In this document: positions 63,269 to 64,000 of the stretch, one piece after another | How positions within the stretch are numbered: the first letter of the stretch is position 1 | Layout: every line of letters starts with the position of its first letter | Sequence record: MT612989.1 | Reading direction: 5' to 3' (one strand) | Length of the DNA stretch: 64,000 nucleotides | Position numbers and translations under genes: made by a program | The notes under the pieces: generated by a model | Database searches by the model: none | Seen by the model: only the letters and a program-made list of their open reading frames with translations | Told to the model about the DNA's origin: nothing

Positions 63269-64000
63269 TTAGCCGATGATTTCTGCAAAGTCAGCGTCAG
63301 TTGACGTTGCTACGAAGTTCAGCGTAATGTAGTTGATTGACTTAGCAGGTTTCACGTAGATACTTGCTACAAACTCGTTTCTGTCGATGACAGACCCTGG
63401 GTTGTTTGTCTCATCACATACAACACGGAAATCGTAAATACCGCCTAGATCTTGAATGTTAGTCAAGTAAGCGTCGATTTCTGATTTGAAGCTTGAGCGT
63501 GTGAACTCATCGTTCAATTCGAATAGACGATACTTAGCAGCATCTGAGATCGCTTTCTTCAGCAAGTTGAACAGACGACGCACGTTAATGCGGTCAAATG
63601 CACTTGCTTGCTGTGTAGCAGTCTTATCACCGTATAGTACGAAGCCTTGACCTGCAAAGCCCACTACAGGGTTAATACCGATTTGATATAGCGCATCACG
63701 GTGAGCACGACGTAGATCAACTGCTAGACGGTTTACGCCCTTGATTTGACCACGATTGAAGCCCGCTGGTGACATCCAAGGTTGAGAAACTTGGTCAGTG
63801 TAAGCACATAGACCTGCAATATCACCCGCTAGAGGAACCCAACGATTGCGATCTGAGTACTTGTCGTACTGATACTTATAGTTACCGTCAACCACTGCAT
63901 AAGTCGTGCTTACGTTTAGATTGTCAGTTACAGGTTGACCGTTAGTCGGGTCGATACCCGTGCGCCAGCCTTGAATATTCGCTACTGCAACATGCGCTTG
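63269..64000 (-). CDS. 18: tail sheath protein gp18 (C-terminal part, truncated by window)
   Basis: YKYQYDKY.D.NRWVP, SPAGFNRG, GDKT..AFDRINVRRLF, FVASIYVKP.KSINYI.LNF. Confidence 0.98.
   Translation of the reverse strand, partial: QAHVAVANIQGWRTGIDPTNGQPVTDNLNVSTTYAVVDGNYKYQYDKYSDRNRWVPLAGDIAGLCAYTDQVSQPWMSPAGFNRGQIKGVNRLAVDLRRAHRDALYQIGINPVVGFAGQGFVLYGDKTATQQASAFDRINVRRLFNLLKKAISDAAKYRLFELNDEFTRSSFKSEIDAYLTNIQDLGGIYDFRVVCDETNNPGSVIDRNEFVASIYVKPAKSINYITLNFVATSTDADFAEIIG

Noticed and set aside
1-64000. tRNA, rRNA or structured ncRNA genes
   Set aside because: No cloverleaf or T-loop signature was seen, and intergenic gaps are short and explained by promoters and terminators; tRNAscan/Infernal were not run.

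Overview
A 64 kb slice of a large T4-like myovirus genome. Gene content and order (cca next to gp23, gp24 moved next to gp55, Sir2, fused gp39/60, long gp35) point to the Vibrio KVP40/nt-1 group; that assignment is inferred from recalled family features, not from a database search. The window carries T4 core replication, recombination and nucleotide genes (gp55, alt-like ART, gp30, topo II, td, dexA, dut, gp61, nrdG/nrdD, gp41/40, uvsX, frd, gp32/59/33, dsbA, rnh, uvsY/W), tail fibre genes gp34/35, and the head/tail module gp18(partial)-19-20-67-68-21-22-23, interspersed with many small accessory ORFs. No tRNA, CRISPR array, intron, intein or IS was seen. Most notable: (1) a set of late-promoter genes whose products begin with gp21-type (I/L)-x-E propeptides, suggesting capsid-packaged, injected cargo. 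It includes an Alt-like ART with an atypical S-K-E motif, a RelE/YafQ-like protein, two proteins sharing an 'E|AFDRP' domain, and a domain resembling phosphorothioation-associated proteins. (2) A 61-bp element with 9-bp-periodic TTAG repeats, present twice 43 kb apart, one copy at the uvsY promoter (candidate origin). (3) A phage-encoded mini type IV pilin. (4) Three distinguishable promoter classes, several overlapping hairpins. All functional calls come from motif recognition by eye.
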